A stretch of 64,000 nucleotides of DNA, taken from the NCBI GenBank assembly GCA_013416795.1, contig RQSC01001135.1:27312-91311 (forward strand), written 5' to 3'. Below the pieces are notes generated by a model. The model was not told where the DNA came from. It searched no databases and saw only the letters and a list, made by a program, of their open reading frames with translations. Below are positions 10,149-20,964 of the stretch, one piece after another. The position numbers and the translations under genes are program-made. Every line of letters begins with the position of its first letter. Within the stretch, counting starts at the first letter, position 1. The stretch is from Prasinococcaceae sp. CCMP 1430 (taxonomy: Eukaryota; Plantae; Prasinodermophyta).

Positions 10149-12967
10149 ATGCCGCCTGCGCTCGCGCGAGAGAGGGAGGGCGAGCGCGCGGGCCGTGCGA
10201 GCGCGCGGGCGGCGCGCGCAGGCGCGGCGGTTGCGGCGTGGCGCACTGCTGGCGGTGAGCTGCGCGGTGTCGCAGCCGCAGGCAACACGCTCGCAGAGGC
10301 GCGACGCGGAGGTGGCGGCGGGAGGGCGTGGATCCCAGGCGAGGCGCGAGCACGGTCGCTTGCCGCTGCGCCCAAGGGCTCGCTGCTGCTCGTTCTGGCA
10401 AATGATGGGTCGGTGTACGCCGTGGCAGCGAGCGACAGCAGAGACGTGCAGCAAATGCGCGCGGCCGGGACGCACGAACGCGCAGCAGTGGCCAATGCCG
10501 CGGCCATCGATGGCGATTCCGACGCCCGACACCCACACAAGCGCCAGCGCCGAGCGGCTGTCACGGCCTCCTCTGCTGCTGGTGCTGGGGCCGCGGCCGG
10601 AGATTGCCGCAAGGCTGTTGGCGCGTGCGGGGACAATGCAGCAGAGGTGACAGAGGTGTGCTGCCGCACACCATCGCCCGCCCCGCGAGCGGGCGCGGAC
10701 GCTGACGATGGTGCCATGCCGTGTGCCGAAGGGCGCACGATGTGCCTGCGTGCTGTGGCGCGCGTGCCTGCTGCGCGTTGCGTGGTCGTGGACGCGCGCG
10801 GGCGCGTTTTCGTGGCGACGCTCGGCTGCGCTGTGCAGGAGGTGTCCCTCGGCACGCCAGCGCGCGCGGCCGCGCCGCGCACGTCGCAACCCTTCGATGC
10901 GCTGGGGGCGCGTGCGCCGACGCGAATAATCGCCGTTGCCCGCGGTGGCGACGGCGCTGCCTCGTCGCCCCTGGGCGAGATGCTGTGTTCTGAGTGGCGA
11001 AGGAGGCGCCTCGAGGAGCCCCAGGGCGGGGTGGTGCTCGTGCTCGGCGACGCATGCGGAGATCTGAGCGCGCATTCTCCTCCTTGCGGTATGTCGTTGC
11101 CTGCGGACTGTGGGCCCGCGCCGCTGCGTCTTGCGTCCCTCGAGCAGCCAATCACGGTTCTTGAAGCGGTCGCGCTGGTGGCCAGTGGCGGCGGCGCGCA
11201 CGACGCTCTGGTGGCGGTTGGCTCCGGTGGACGCGCCGCCCTCCTCATTGCGGGCACGTCTGGCGCCTCCCCCAAAGCTTACGAGTGGGCCCTGCACTGC
11301 CCCGTCGAAGGCGGCACGGTGGCTGGCGCCGGTGAGCGCACAAGGCTTCTGCTGCTCAGCCGGGGCGCGTTGCTCGTTTGCCGGCTACGTGAGACGCCCG
11401 GGGACGCAGGTGGCGCGGGCGGTGCCTTCTGTCCGGCGGTGCGCCTCGACCCGCAGCCCGTGGTTGGTTTCCCTTCGGCCCTGGCCGTATGCACTTGTGC
11501 TCGCGAGGATGTGCGCGCGGAGGGAGGAAGCGCGCTCGCTGACGATACCGTTTGCATCCTGCGCGGCGACGGGGAGCTCTTCCTGTCGCCGTTGCAGTCG
11601 CTCCAACCGTCGCCTGAGGAGAGAGAGGACGTGGACGATGCGCGTGCCGTCCCACTTGCTCCCTGCGCACGGCGGCCTCATCGCTCGCCGGAGAGCGTGA
11701 TTGACGACATCGAGCGGCTGGAATGCGCGGTAGAGGCAGCTGCCTCGGCGCGCGCCAGCACAGACTCGGCGTTGGCGGAGGCCAATTGCGCGCTTCATGC
11801 GGCTGCCGCTCTGACTGGTGTGAACGGCGGAGAGCGTGAGCGCCTGCTACCCGCGGACGTCTCACTGCGGCTCGCGATGCACTGTGGCGCGCCGGTGGCC
11901 GATGCGGTGCGCGTGCGTCTCACCAATGCGCTCGACGTGCCTCTTGGAGCGGCGTGTCGCCTCCTCATTGAGCTGCGGCAGGGCGCGGTCGCGCATGCCG
12001 AGAGTGCGCCCATCGGGCCCGGTGGGCTGCCAGCGGGAGGGGCGTGGGAGAGCGACGTATGCGTTCGCGCGCCACTCAACGCGCTGCTGCCTGTGAGGGT
12101 GGATATCACGCTGTGCGTGCGCGCTCATGGCGCACGTGCCGACGTGGCGACGACCTCCCCCGCAGTCGCTGCATCCGCGGAGCGCGCCCTCTTTCGTGTG
12201 TGGAGCGGGCGGGTCGATGTCATCGACTGCGCCCAGGCACTCGCGGCACACGCAGCGACCAAGCCAGCGGTGGCGGAGGATAACGCCCTTAGTGGCGGAG
12301 TGCTGGGTGGCGGCGCCACGAGTGGCGCGGCGGCGCACGCTGGCTACGCCGCCCACTCAACGGTCACGCCGCTGAGTGTCGCGCGCGCGAGGGAATTGGA
12401 GGGCTGCGTGACGGTCGGCTCTTGGCGAGTAGCACGACGGACAGATGCGACAGAGCGCGCGATGGCACGCTCGCGCTTGGCGGTGTCGCGCCCCGCGGCC
12501 TTCTCACTCGCCGTGGAGCGCCGTGGTGGCGCGTGGGCTGCAATCACGACCTCCGACTCGCTGATGTTGACCGCTGCTGCGCACGAGGCGGTCACGTGGC
12601 GACTGGACGCGCTTGGCGGGGCGGTGAGTGTCGCAAACCGCGCGAAACGCGCCTGCTCACCCATTTTCTGCTCGCGCGCCCATCCGTTCGCTCTGACGCT
12701 GACCCTCGATGCGATGATCTGCCACCCCGGCCACCCGCCCACCTGTGCACGCAATTTTTGCAGGACGAGGCTGCATGCGATGCATCGAGTGCGCGTTCCG
12801 CTCGTGCCCAGGCACTGGCGCTCGTGGACGCGCTGGATGGCATGATCGAGGAGTCCGCCCGAGACGCGTCGGGAGGCGGCACAACGGGTGGCTTGGACGC
12901 TGCCGCGCGATCCTTGTCGCGCCTGTACGCCGGCATGCGCTCTGCGCGCGGCGTGGCTGGCACATGA
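10149..12967 (+). CDS. FAAP100-like (Fanconi anaemia core complex-associated) protein
   Basis: Propeller-like segments VLVLGDACGDL and LASLEQPITVLEAV...LVAVGSGGRAALL, a central coiled coil, and C-terminal LSRLYAGMR. Intron donor at 12624 with a final exon after tttttgcag. Assignment by recalled similarity only. Confidence 0.5.
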
Positions 12968-12992
12968 GGGCCCTATTAATATGCGTGCGTTA

Positions 12993-14221
12993 TTAATACT
13001 GCGTCGTGAAGGGGCCGTCGATGAGCTCGCTGCCCGCCCTCGATATCGCGGGCGGCTCGGCCAGCCATCGCCTGTACTGCGCGTGCACGTGCGTGGCCTC
13101 GTGCGCCACTGTGTCGGGCGTCCAGCTGCTGGCGTCGATCGTTGGGTGCACCATTATACTAAACTCGCCGGGGACCATGTGCCACTCCGCCTTGCCTGGG
13201 CTCAGTTCGAACGCGCCGCGCACCACTAGGGGCACGATGGCGGTTCCTAGCTGCTGCGCGAGGTGGAACGCGCCGCGCTTGAAGGGCTGAAGTCGCCCAC
13301 TGCTCGAGCGCGTGCCCTCGGGGAACATGATCACCTGGCGGGGGCACATAGCCGCGTCCGCGCGGATCAGCTGGTCGCGCAGCTGGTCCATGGTGGACCT
13401 CGCCTCGGTGCGGCTCTTCCTGTTGATCATAAATTGTCCAGTGAGCGCCCACGCGATGCCCAGAACCGGGACGAACATGATCTCGCGCTTGGCGACGAAG
13501 AGCATCGCGTGCGGGCACAGAGCGCACACGGCCAAGCCGTCCAGGAAGGACGTGTGGTTACACACAATCACCTGCGAGCGCTTCAAGCTGGACGCAGTGG
13601 GCACTGTGGGCACAGGCGACGGCGTGAGCTTTGCTCGGTGGGCCCTGGGAAGCGAGCTCGCGCGCGACGCGCAAGCGCAGGTGCATGGTCGCGGCGCCGT
13701 ACTCACAGTGTTCCCTGCCGTGTATACGCAGCCGTATGCCAAAGATCCAGAGGAGGCCACGCGCGACCGCAGGCGCGAAGATCTCCATGGCGCGTGTGCG
13801 CCGCCTGCCTAGCGTGGCCACGTTGTACACGATCGACAGCCCGCACACCAGGAAAAGCCAGCAGAGCCCTGCGGCGCGCGCGCGAGGGCATGCACGCGCG
13901 GCACCTGCCCGTCAGCGGCGGCTCCGGCGGAAGCAGCCGCACTCCTAGCGGTGCAGCGTGCGAGGGCGCCTACTTGCACGCACCGAGCGGTATGTACACA
14001 ATCGCCGCGATGGGCAGCGAGCGAATGCGCGTTCGCAGCCTTGGCCGGTCGACCGGCCCGGGAGATGACGGTGGCGACGGCTGTGGGGACGGGGGCGCGG
14101 AGCGCGGTGCACGCGTGCGCTCGCGCATGCGTCAGCGTCGCTCTTCCGCGCGCTGGCATCAGCGCTGTAGCACTCTCGTGCCCGCTCGCACGCGGCTGCT
14201 GCGCGCCTGTCCTCTCTCACC
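12993..14221 (-). CDS. 1-acyl-sn-glycerol-3-phosphate acyltransferase (LPAAT/PlsC family), 5' end missing
   Basis: Exons 14080-13984, 13868-13707 and 13603-12993 are in phase. Motifs CNHTSFLD, FVAKRE, FPEGTRS, FKRGAF. The upstream exon ending at 14221 runs into an unrelated plus-strand gene. Confidence 0.85.
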
Positions 14222-14230
14222 TGTGCCGCG

Positions 14231-15217
14231 CCGGCCGTCCCGCCCGGCGCCGCCAGCGCGGCGCAGCCGACGCCGTCGGCGTTCCTCATGAAGCCGTTCA
14301 AGCGCTGCGCGGCGCACGTGTACATCGCGCACATGATCGACTACCAGCAGCAGGTGGGCCGGCACGCCGCCTACCAGCAGCAGTACCGCGCGGGCATGCC
14401 TCCGGGCATGCCGGCGACGTTCCAGCCGCCGCCGATGGTGGGGCTGCCGCCGGGCGCGGCGGCGGCGCCGCAGGGGCAGGCGGGCGCGATGGACCAGGGC
14501 GCGGCGGCCGCGGCCGCCGTGGCCGCGTCGCAGGCGAGCGCCATAGTTGGTGCGCCGGGTGCCGCCGCGGGCATGCCCTTCGGGCAGCCGCCGGGCAGCG
14601 CGCCGCTGCAGGGCGTGCCGATGGCGGCGCAGATGTACGCGCAGCAACTCCAGAACCAGTACGCCATGGGCGCGGGTGCAGGGGCGGGTGGCGCCGTGCC
14701 CTTCATGTTCCCGCCGCACATGGCCGCGCAGGCGGGGCTCACGCCGCAGCAGCTGGCGGCGCAGCAGGGCGCCTTCTTCGGCGCGCTGCAGGGCATGCAC
14801 GGCCAGATGCCGCCCCACATGCTCGGGCAGATGGGCGGCATGCCGGGGCACGCCGCGGGCATGCCGGGCCAGCCGGCCATGCCGGGCCAGATGGCGGTGG
14901 CCGCAGGCCAGGTCCACCAGGCGGCGCAGGCGGCGCAGGCGGCGCAGGCGGCGCAGGCGGCGCAGGCCGCGCAGGCGGCGCAGGCCGCGGCGGCTGCACA
15001 GATGCAGGCGGCGGGAAGCGCCCCCATGCAAATACCCGGGCAGCTGGCGGGCGCGCCGCGGGAACCTACAGCAGCTCCGCCGGCTGGCGGGCAGCAGGCG
15101 GCCGCCGCCGCAGCCGCAGCGGCTGCTCCGCCCACGACGCCGCGTGGCGCCGACGTGCGCGCGCGCGCGAGGCGCGCGCGCGCGCACCCAGCGGAGTATT
15201 ACGGTATGGCAATATAG
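14231..15217 (+). CDS. Q/A/P/G-rich protein fragment with a TIME FOR COFFEE-like motif, 5' truncated
   Basis: KPFKRCAAHVYIAHMIDYQQQ resembles the plant TIC motif KRCATHxYIARxIxxHQQ. The frame is open upstream of ATG 14288 back to the LPAAT junction. Confidence 0.5.
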   Translation, partial: PAVPPGAASAAQPTPSAFLMKPFKRCAAHVYIAHMIDYQQQVGRHAAYQQQYRAGMPPGMPATFQPPPMVGLPPGAAAAPQGQAGAMDQGAAAAAAVAASQASAIVGAPGAAAGMPFGQPPGSAPLQGVPMAAQMYAQQLQNQYAMGAGAGAGGAVPFMFPPHMAAQAGLTPQQLAAQQGAFFGALQGMHGQMPPHMLGQMGGMPGHAAGMPGQPAMPGQMAVAAGQVHQAAQAAQAAQAAQAAQAAQAAQAAAAAQMQAAGSAPMQIPGQLAGAPREPTAAPPAGGQQAAAAAAAAAAPPTTPRGADVRARARRARAHPAEYYGMAI

Positions 15218-15517
15218 GGTTTATATACTGTCCCAACACTATTGTTATTTGATACGGATGTAACGGCGAGTGGTTTGGGTTTCGTCGGATGGGATGGGGA
15301 TGGGGGGGGGGGGGGGGGTACCCGCGCGCGCGCGCTTTTTCCCCACGAGAACGCGGATTGGCGGAATTCGCGGCGGGAAAGCCGCGCGCGCGCCATCACT
15401 CGGCATGCGTTTTCGCGCGGCGAACCGCGCGGGCGAATCGCGCCCCGCGGCGTCGTCGCGTGGCGTCATCGGGAGGGGAAGCGCGCGACGGGGGGACCGC
15501 CCCACGCGTCCGCAGCC

Positions 15518-17211
15518 ATGAGGGCCGCCGCCGCCGTAGCCGCCGCCGCGGCGCTCGCCGTGACCGGCGCGTCGGCGCTCTGCGTCGACCAGACCGCGCC
15601 GCTGCCCGCCGTGAAGTCCACGCACCTGCCCGAGGTGATGGACTTCGCCGCGTTCGAGCGCACCTTTGCCAAGAAGTACGAGAACGCGGTGGAGCGCATC
15701 GAGCGGATGGCCGTGTTCGAGAAGAACCTGGCCATCATCGCCGCGCACAACGGTGAGGCGTCCGCGCCCTGGCCCGCGCCGAGTCCGACGCGCGCGCCCG
15801 CGCGCGCCGCTCGCCCTCGCCTCCCGGGGCGCCGCAAGGACGTTACGCTTTCTATCGCAGCGAGCGCGCCGCGGGACCGCGCTCGCCGCGGCGTCGGCGA
15901 CATCTGAGGGCCCAGAGGGAGCGCCTCGCTGCCATGCTGACCCCCTGCACTCCCACCGCGCCGCGGCCGCGCCTTTCCCTGGCCGCCGCCGCGATGCCCC
16001 CCCTCCCCGCGCACGCATATGAACTCACCGCGCCCCTCACCAAACCCTGACCGCCATTCCCCCGCCACCTCGCGACGCCCGCCTCCCCTGGGGCGCCCGC
16101 AGCCCTCGCCGACATCGGCGAGAAGACGTACCGCCTGGGCGTGAACCACTTCGCCGACCTGACCGCCGAGGAGTTCGCGCAGCGAACGCTGCAGCCGATG
16201 AAGCGCGACCCCGCGCGCAACGCCGAGGTGGAGACTTTCACCCCCGAGGAGATCGAGCTCGGCAAGAAGAAGGTCAAGGACTGGCGCAAGGAGGGCGCCG
16301 TGACCCCGGTCAAAAACCAGGGCCAGTGCGGCTCGTGCTGGGCGTTCTCGACCACCGGCTCGACGGAGGGCGCGTTTTTCATCGCGACCGGCGAGCTCCG
16401 CTCGCTCTCCGAGCAGCAGCTGGTCGACTGCTCGACGGCCGAGGGTGACCACGGCTGCAACGGCGGCCTGATGGACTTCGGCTTCCAGTACATCCTCGAC
16501 AACAAGGGCATCGACTCCGAGGAGGACTACGCGTACACCGCTGTGGACGGCACGTGCGACTCCACCAAGGAGTCCACGGTCGCCGCTACCATCGACTCGT
16601 TCAAGGACGTCAAGGCAGGCTCCGAGGACGACCTCGCCGCGGCCATCCTCAAGCACGGCCCCGTCTCGGTGGCCATCGAGGCCGACCAGTCGGCGTTCCA
16701 GCTCTACAAGAGTGGCATCTTCAACGAGTCGTGCGGCACGCAGCTCGACCACGGCGTGCTGGCCGTCGGCGTCACCAAGCATGCCTACATCGTCAAGAAC
16801 TCGTGGGGTGAGTCGTGGGGCTCGGACGGCTACATCATGATGGCACGCAACGTCGGCGACTCCGGCATCTGTGGCATCGCCGGCCAGGCCGCGTTCCCCA
16901 AGAGGAAGAAGGGCGACGCCCCTCCGGCGCCGGGCCCCTCGCCCGGCCCTAGCCCCACGCCGCCGCCCGCGCCTTCCTCGTGTGGCTGCACTGGCCTGGG
17001 CGAGTCCATTTGCGAGATGTACAGCCTTCACTGCTGCTGCCAGGACTCGACCACTGTGTCGTGCTCCGCTGAGGCACCCACCCCGGGCGAGTGCTGCTGC
17101 CAGTCGGACAAGTGCTCGACCTCCACCTTCTCCATCGCGTCGCTCATCCCCGACTTTCTGAGGGGCAAGGTCGCCGCCCCGCGCAAGGCTGGGGCCGCCG
17201 CCCAGATGTGA
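15518..17211 (+). CDS. Papain-family (C1A) cysteine protease with I29 prodomain and Pro/Cys-rich C-terminal extension
   Basis: Exons 15518-15752 and 16103-17211. Signal peptide, ERFNIN-like ERMAVFEKN, QGQCGSCWAF (catalytic C), LDHGVLAVG (H), IVKNSWG (N). Confidence 0.95.
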
Positions 17212-17353
17212 GCGCGCTGCGCGCTCGCAGCAACTGCAGTAGCTATCGGCTGCATCTATTTTTGCGTTCGGGGTTAAGTTGCCAAACGATTCGCTCATTA
17301 CCAATGCATCGAACCGATGGCGCCGAGCGGCGGCAGCATGCTCGCTGCAGCCG

Positions 17354-19261
17354 CTACGTCGCTGTGGTCGCGGCGCCGGCGTCGGTTTCCGCCGGCGCCG
17401 CTGTACCGCCGTCAGCTTCGGCCTCCGCTGCATCCCTCGCGGCAGGACCACCCGCCTCTGCCCCCGCCGCGCCCGCGTCGTCGCCCGTGCCTTCCATTGC
17501 TGCCGCCAGGTTGCTCAGCGTCCTCACGATACCGGACTCATCTGGCATCGCCACCACCTCGATGCGCACGCGCATCTTGGTGTGCCAGCGCTTGTTCGTG
17601 AGCACGACATCACCGAGCGGCGCGTCGTCGTCACACTCCCACATCTCCCATCCACGGAAGTGATACTGCAGGAAGAGCAGCTCCTCGTTCTTCGCGTTCT
17701 GCAGGATCCGCCCGTCAGCCACTGCACTGCGAAAGCCCACGCATTTCGCCGGGATGTTTCGCAACAGCGTGAAGTGGCAGCAAGGATCCGCTGCCGTTGC
17801 GGGCAGCTGCATGCATCGCCACGGCCCCGGTGCAGCCGGCGCCTGCGAACCGGGCGCCTGGCGCGTCACCACGAGTGGATTGGAGGCGTTGCCCTCCTCA
17901 TCCAGTGGCCAAACGCTCACCACGGCGCTCTGCACCAAGTCGCCGACCGACCGCGGAACTGGACAGGGCGCGCGCTTGGGTGCCGCCACTGCCTTCTCCT
18001 GCGGGCCCCTGGCGTCGGCGCTTTCGTTGCTGCCACCCTCTTCACCCGTGACGCCCCCCTCCGCGCCGCTGCCCTTGCCGCCCTTGTGCTTTCCCCCTCC
18101 GCGGTTGCGCCGCTTGCCGCGTCGCCGCCCTGTGGGAGGCTTGCCCTCGCCGCCGCCGCCCGCCGCGCCGCGCCCCACATCGCCCGCGAGGCCACGGCCC
18201 CGCCGGTGCGGCGCGCGCGCCTTGCCATTATCGCGCGTGGCTGTTGTGGGCCTGGAGCCATCGGCCGACGCCAGGTCTTCGTCGACGAGGCCACTGTACG
18301 AGCGGAGGTGGCCCTTGATGGCGTCGACCACCTGGAGGCGCAGGTCGCGCCACGCCTCGTCGGAGAAGCAGCTGCACTGCGGCGTGATGATCAGGTTGGA
18401 CATGTCACGCAGCCACGCCTCCCCCCAAGCCATCGCCGGTGCGACGTCGAGCGCGACGCCGCCCAGCGCCCCCCCAAGCAGCGCGCGCTTGAGCGCGCGA
18501 TCGTTGAAGAGCTCCGCGCTGCACACGCTGACGAGCAGGGCCCCGGGTCGCAGCGCGTCCACGCAGGCCTGCCCGAAGAAGCCGCCCGTGCGCTCGGTGA
18601 GCATGCAATGCATTGAGACAACGTCTGCCTGCGCCACGGCGTGCAGCAACCCCCCCTTGATCTGTTCCACGCCCTCGGGCGCGCCGTCGCGCGCCCAGTC
18701 CGACGGCGCGAAGTCAGGGTGCGCTTCGACGTACGAGACGCGGAAGCCGAAGGGCTTGGCGCGCAGCGCGAGCTCGCGAGCGATGTCGCCCGTGCCCTGG
18801 CCGGACATCACGAGCAGCATGTGCATGCCGGCGCAGCGCCTGCAGCCCTGGAGGGCGAGCGGAGTCGGCGCCCACAGCGGGCCGCCGAGCGCCGCAGCTT
18901 GCGACAGCGTCTGCGTTCGTCTCACGAGCGACAGCACCAGCGCCATCGCCGTCTCGGCAGCCTCGCGGTGGAGCTCCGTGCCGACGTGGGCGCACTGCAG
19001 GCCAAGCTCCTCGGCGAGCTCGCGGTCGGCCTCCGCCTCCATCTCGCTGATGCACACGGCGAGCATCCCCGGCGAGAGGTGCGCGAGAATCTCCTCAGGA
19101 AGGTCGACGAGGCTCAGCACGACGATGGCGGTGGCGTGCGGCAGCAGCGAGGCCAGCTTGGGGTCTGAGGTGGTCGTGCAATGCACGTCCGCCACGCCCG
19201 ACAACGCGTCTCGCTCCAGCTGCACCTCTTCGAGGCTATTGATTGCGAGCACGAGGGGCAT
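17354..19261 (-). CDS. AN: ANGUSTIFOLIA/CtBP-like D-isomer 2-hydroxyacid dehydrogenase-fold protein
   Basis: MPLVLAINSLEEVQLERDALSGVADV, AETAMALVLSLVRRT, ADVVSMHC, GALLVS...LGGVALD, NLIITPQCSCFSDEAW, plus a plant AN-like C-terminal region. Confidence 0.8.
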   Translation of the reverse strand: MPLVLAINSLEEVQLERDALSGVADVHCTTTSDPKLASLLPHATAIVVLSLVDLPEEILAHLSPGMLAVCISEMEAEADRELAEELGLQCAHVGTELHREAAETAMALVLSLVRRTQTLSQAAALGGPLWAPTPLALQGCRRCAGMHMLLVMSGQGTGDIARELALRAKPFGFRVSYVEAHPDFAPSDWARDGAPEGVEQIKGGLLHAVAQADVVSMHCMLTERTGGFFGQACVDALRPGALLVSVCSAELFNDRALKRALLGGALGGVALDVAPAMAWGEAWLRDMSNLIITPQCSCFSDEAWRDLRLQVVDAIKGHLRSYSGLVDEDLASADGSRPTTATRDNGKARAPHRRGRGLAGDVGRGAAGGGGEGKPPTGRRRGKRRNRGGGKHKGGKGSGAEGGVTGEEGGSNESADARGPQEKAVAAPKRAPCPVPRSVGDLVQSAVVSVWPLDEEGNASNPLVVTRQAPGSQAPAAPGPWRCMQLPATAADPCCHFTLLRNIPAKCVGFRSAVADGRILQNAKNEELLFLQYHFRGWEMWECDDDAPLGDVVLTNKRWHTKMRVRIEVVAMPDESGIVRTLSNLAAAMEGTGDDAGAAGAEAGGPAARDAAEAEADGGTAAPAETDAGAATTAT

Positions 19262-19775
19262 GAGGCGGTCGCGCGCCCGCCCCGCCCCCGGCCGCGGCGG
19301 CAGCGCCGCGGCCGAGGTGGCCAAGCAGAGGCCGCGCGGCGACCTCCCTTTCGAGAGCANGCGCGCCCCGCGCGCTGTGGGCCGCGCGGGCCGGGCCGCG
19401 CGCGCAAACCCCCGTGTACACACACAACACACACACACACACTCCTCACGCAGGCGCGCACGCACACGCACACCCGAACACGCACATGCACTGGTCGTGC
19501 CGCCACACACTCGCCCGCTCGCTCGCGCACCTCAAACCCGCACGCGCGCGCTCGGGGAACGCTCCCGGTGTCAGGGTCTCCAAAATCCCCATGAGATCCC
19601 ATTCATGTTTGAAGTTTGGGGCGTGTGGAAACCCCAAACACGGTGGCGCGCGCGGGGCGGGGCGGGGCGGGGCGGGGCGCCTCCCCGCCGACCGAGAGCA
19701 AAAAAAAAAAAAAAAAAAAGGGTTTCCCGGAATGGTCATCCAAAATGGCCATCCTTCCCGGAATGGCCATCCGTC

Positions 19776-19980
19776 GGATGACCCTTTTGGGGATTTTCCC
19801 ACAACGGATGACCATTCCGGGGAAAAAGGCATCAAGGATGACTGATTCGGGATTATTTGGCGCAGGGGGTGACTGATCTGGGATTAATAATTGGGACAGG
19901 GATGACTGATGCGGGATTCATCGCACAGCGGATGACTGATCTGGGATTATTTGTCGCACAGGATGACTGATCTGGGATTT
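19776..19980 (+). repeat. Phased degenerate array of GGATGAC-N6-GGGATT units, period 30-33 bp
   Basis: Motif starts at 19776, 19806, 19836, 19867, 19900, 19930 and 19961. The last five carry the fuller G(G/A)TGACTGATnnGGGATT motif; spacers differ. Confidence 0.8.
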
Positions 19981-20149
19981 GAGTGTCCCGGAAAAAAAAA
20001 AAAAACAAGGGAAAAATGGGGTCGGATGCGCTTTGATGGCCGAGCGCGCATAACGCCGCGCGCGCGCATAAGGGTTTGGCCGGCTCGGCCATCAGAACGC
20101 ACTCGCGCGCCGCGCGGGGCCCCCACCGGCGCGCGCCCAGGAGGCGCGC

Positions 20150-20654
20150 GTGGCCGTGCGCGGGCGCGGCGAGCGCGGCGAGGTGGCCGCCGCGGCGGTG
20201 TTCGACTGCACGGGCTTCGCGCGCGCGCTGGTGGAGTACGAGCCCGGCGAGGTGCACGAGCCGGGCTACCAGGTGACGTACGGCGCCTTCCTCGAGATCG
20301 AGGCGGGCACGTGCCCGTGGCCGATGCACCAGGCGCTGCTCATGGACTGGAGCGACGGCCACCTCGACGCGGCGGGGCGCGCGCGCAACGAGGAGGAGCC
20401 GTCCTTCCTGTACGCCATGCCGTTCTCGCCCACGCGCATCTTCGTGGAGGAGACCTCGCTGGTGGCCAAGCCGCCGGTGAGCAGCGCCGAGCTCGAGCGC
20501 CGCCTCGAGGCGCGGCTGGCCGGGCTGGGCGTGCGGGTGGTCGCCGTGCTCGAGGACGAGCGCGCCATGATCCCCATGGGGTCGGCCATCCCGGCGCTCG
20601 GCCAGCGCGTGGTCCCCTTCGGCGGCGCGGCGGGCACCGTCCACCCGTCGACCG
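20150..20654 (+). CDS. Lycopene cyclase (beta/epsilon family), internal fragment only
   Basis: VFDCTG, YQVTYG, LLMDWSD, FLYAMPFSPTRIFVEETSLVAKP, IPMG, FGGAAGTVHPSTG then a GTGAGT donor. No start codon or FAD-binding N-terminus; downstream exons absent. Confidence 0.85.
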
Positions 20655-20964
20655 GTGAGTCCCTTTGTCGTCGTGATGCGGAGCGCGCGCTCTCTCTCTC
20701 TCTCGCGCGCGCGCGCACGCGCGGCCGCGCCGCGCCCGCCCGCTCTCCGTCGTCCGCCCCTTCCCCTCCACCTCGCCCGCCCTGTCGGCACTCTTTTTTC
20801 CCAACTACCGCTGCACCTCCACCACCTGCCTCGGCGCGCCGCGTGCGCCCAGTGTGCCCCCTTGGCCCCCGCACGCGCTGACAGCCCTCGCTGCGCGCGC
20901 GCGTGCGCTTTGGGTGTGCGGCGGCTGTTCGGACGCGGCTGGTGGTGCTCGCGCGCACTCACAG

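Noticed and set aside
14913-14995. (GCGGCGCAG)n AAQ repeat, polyQ tracts (5660-5700, 25520-25570) and (GC)n runs
   Set aside because: Ordinary low-complexity coding repeats and microsatellites for a genome of this composition.
19836-19980. CRISPR-like repeat-spacer array
   Set aside because: Repeats are about 19 bp and degenerate, spacers only 11-14 nt, no cas genes are present, and the context is eukaryotic.
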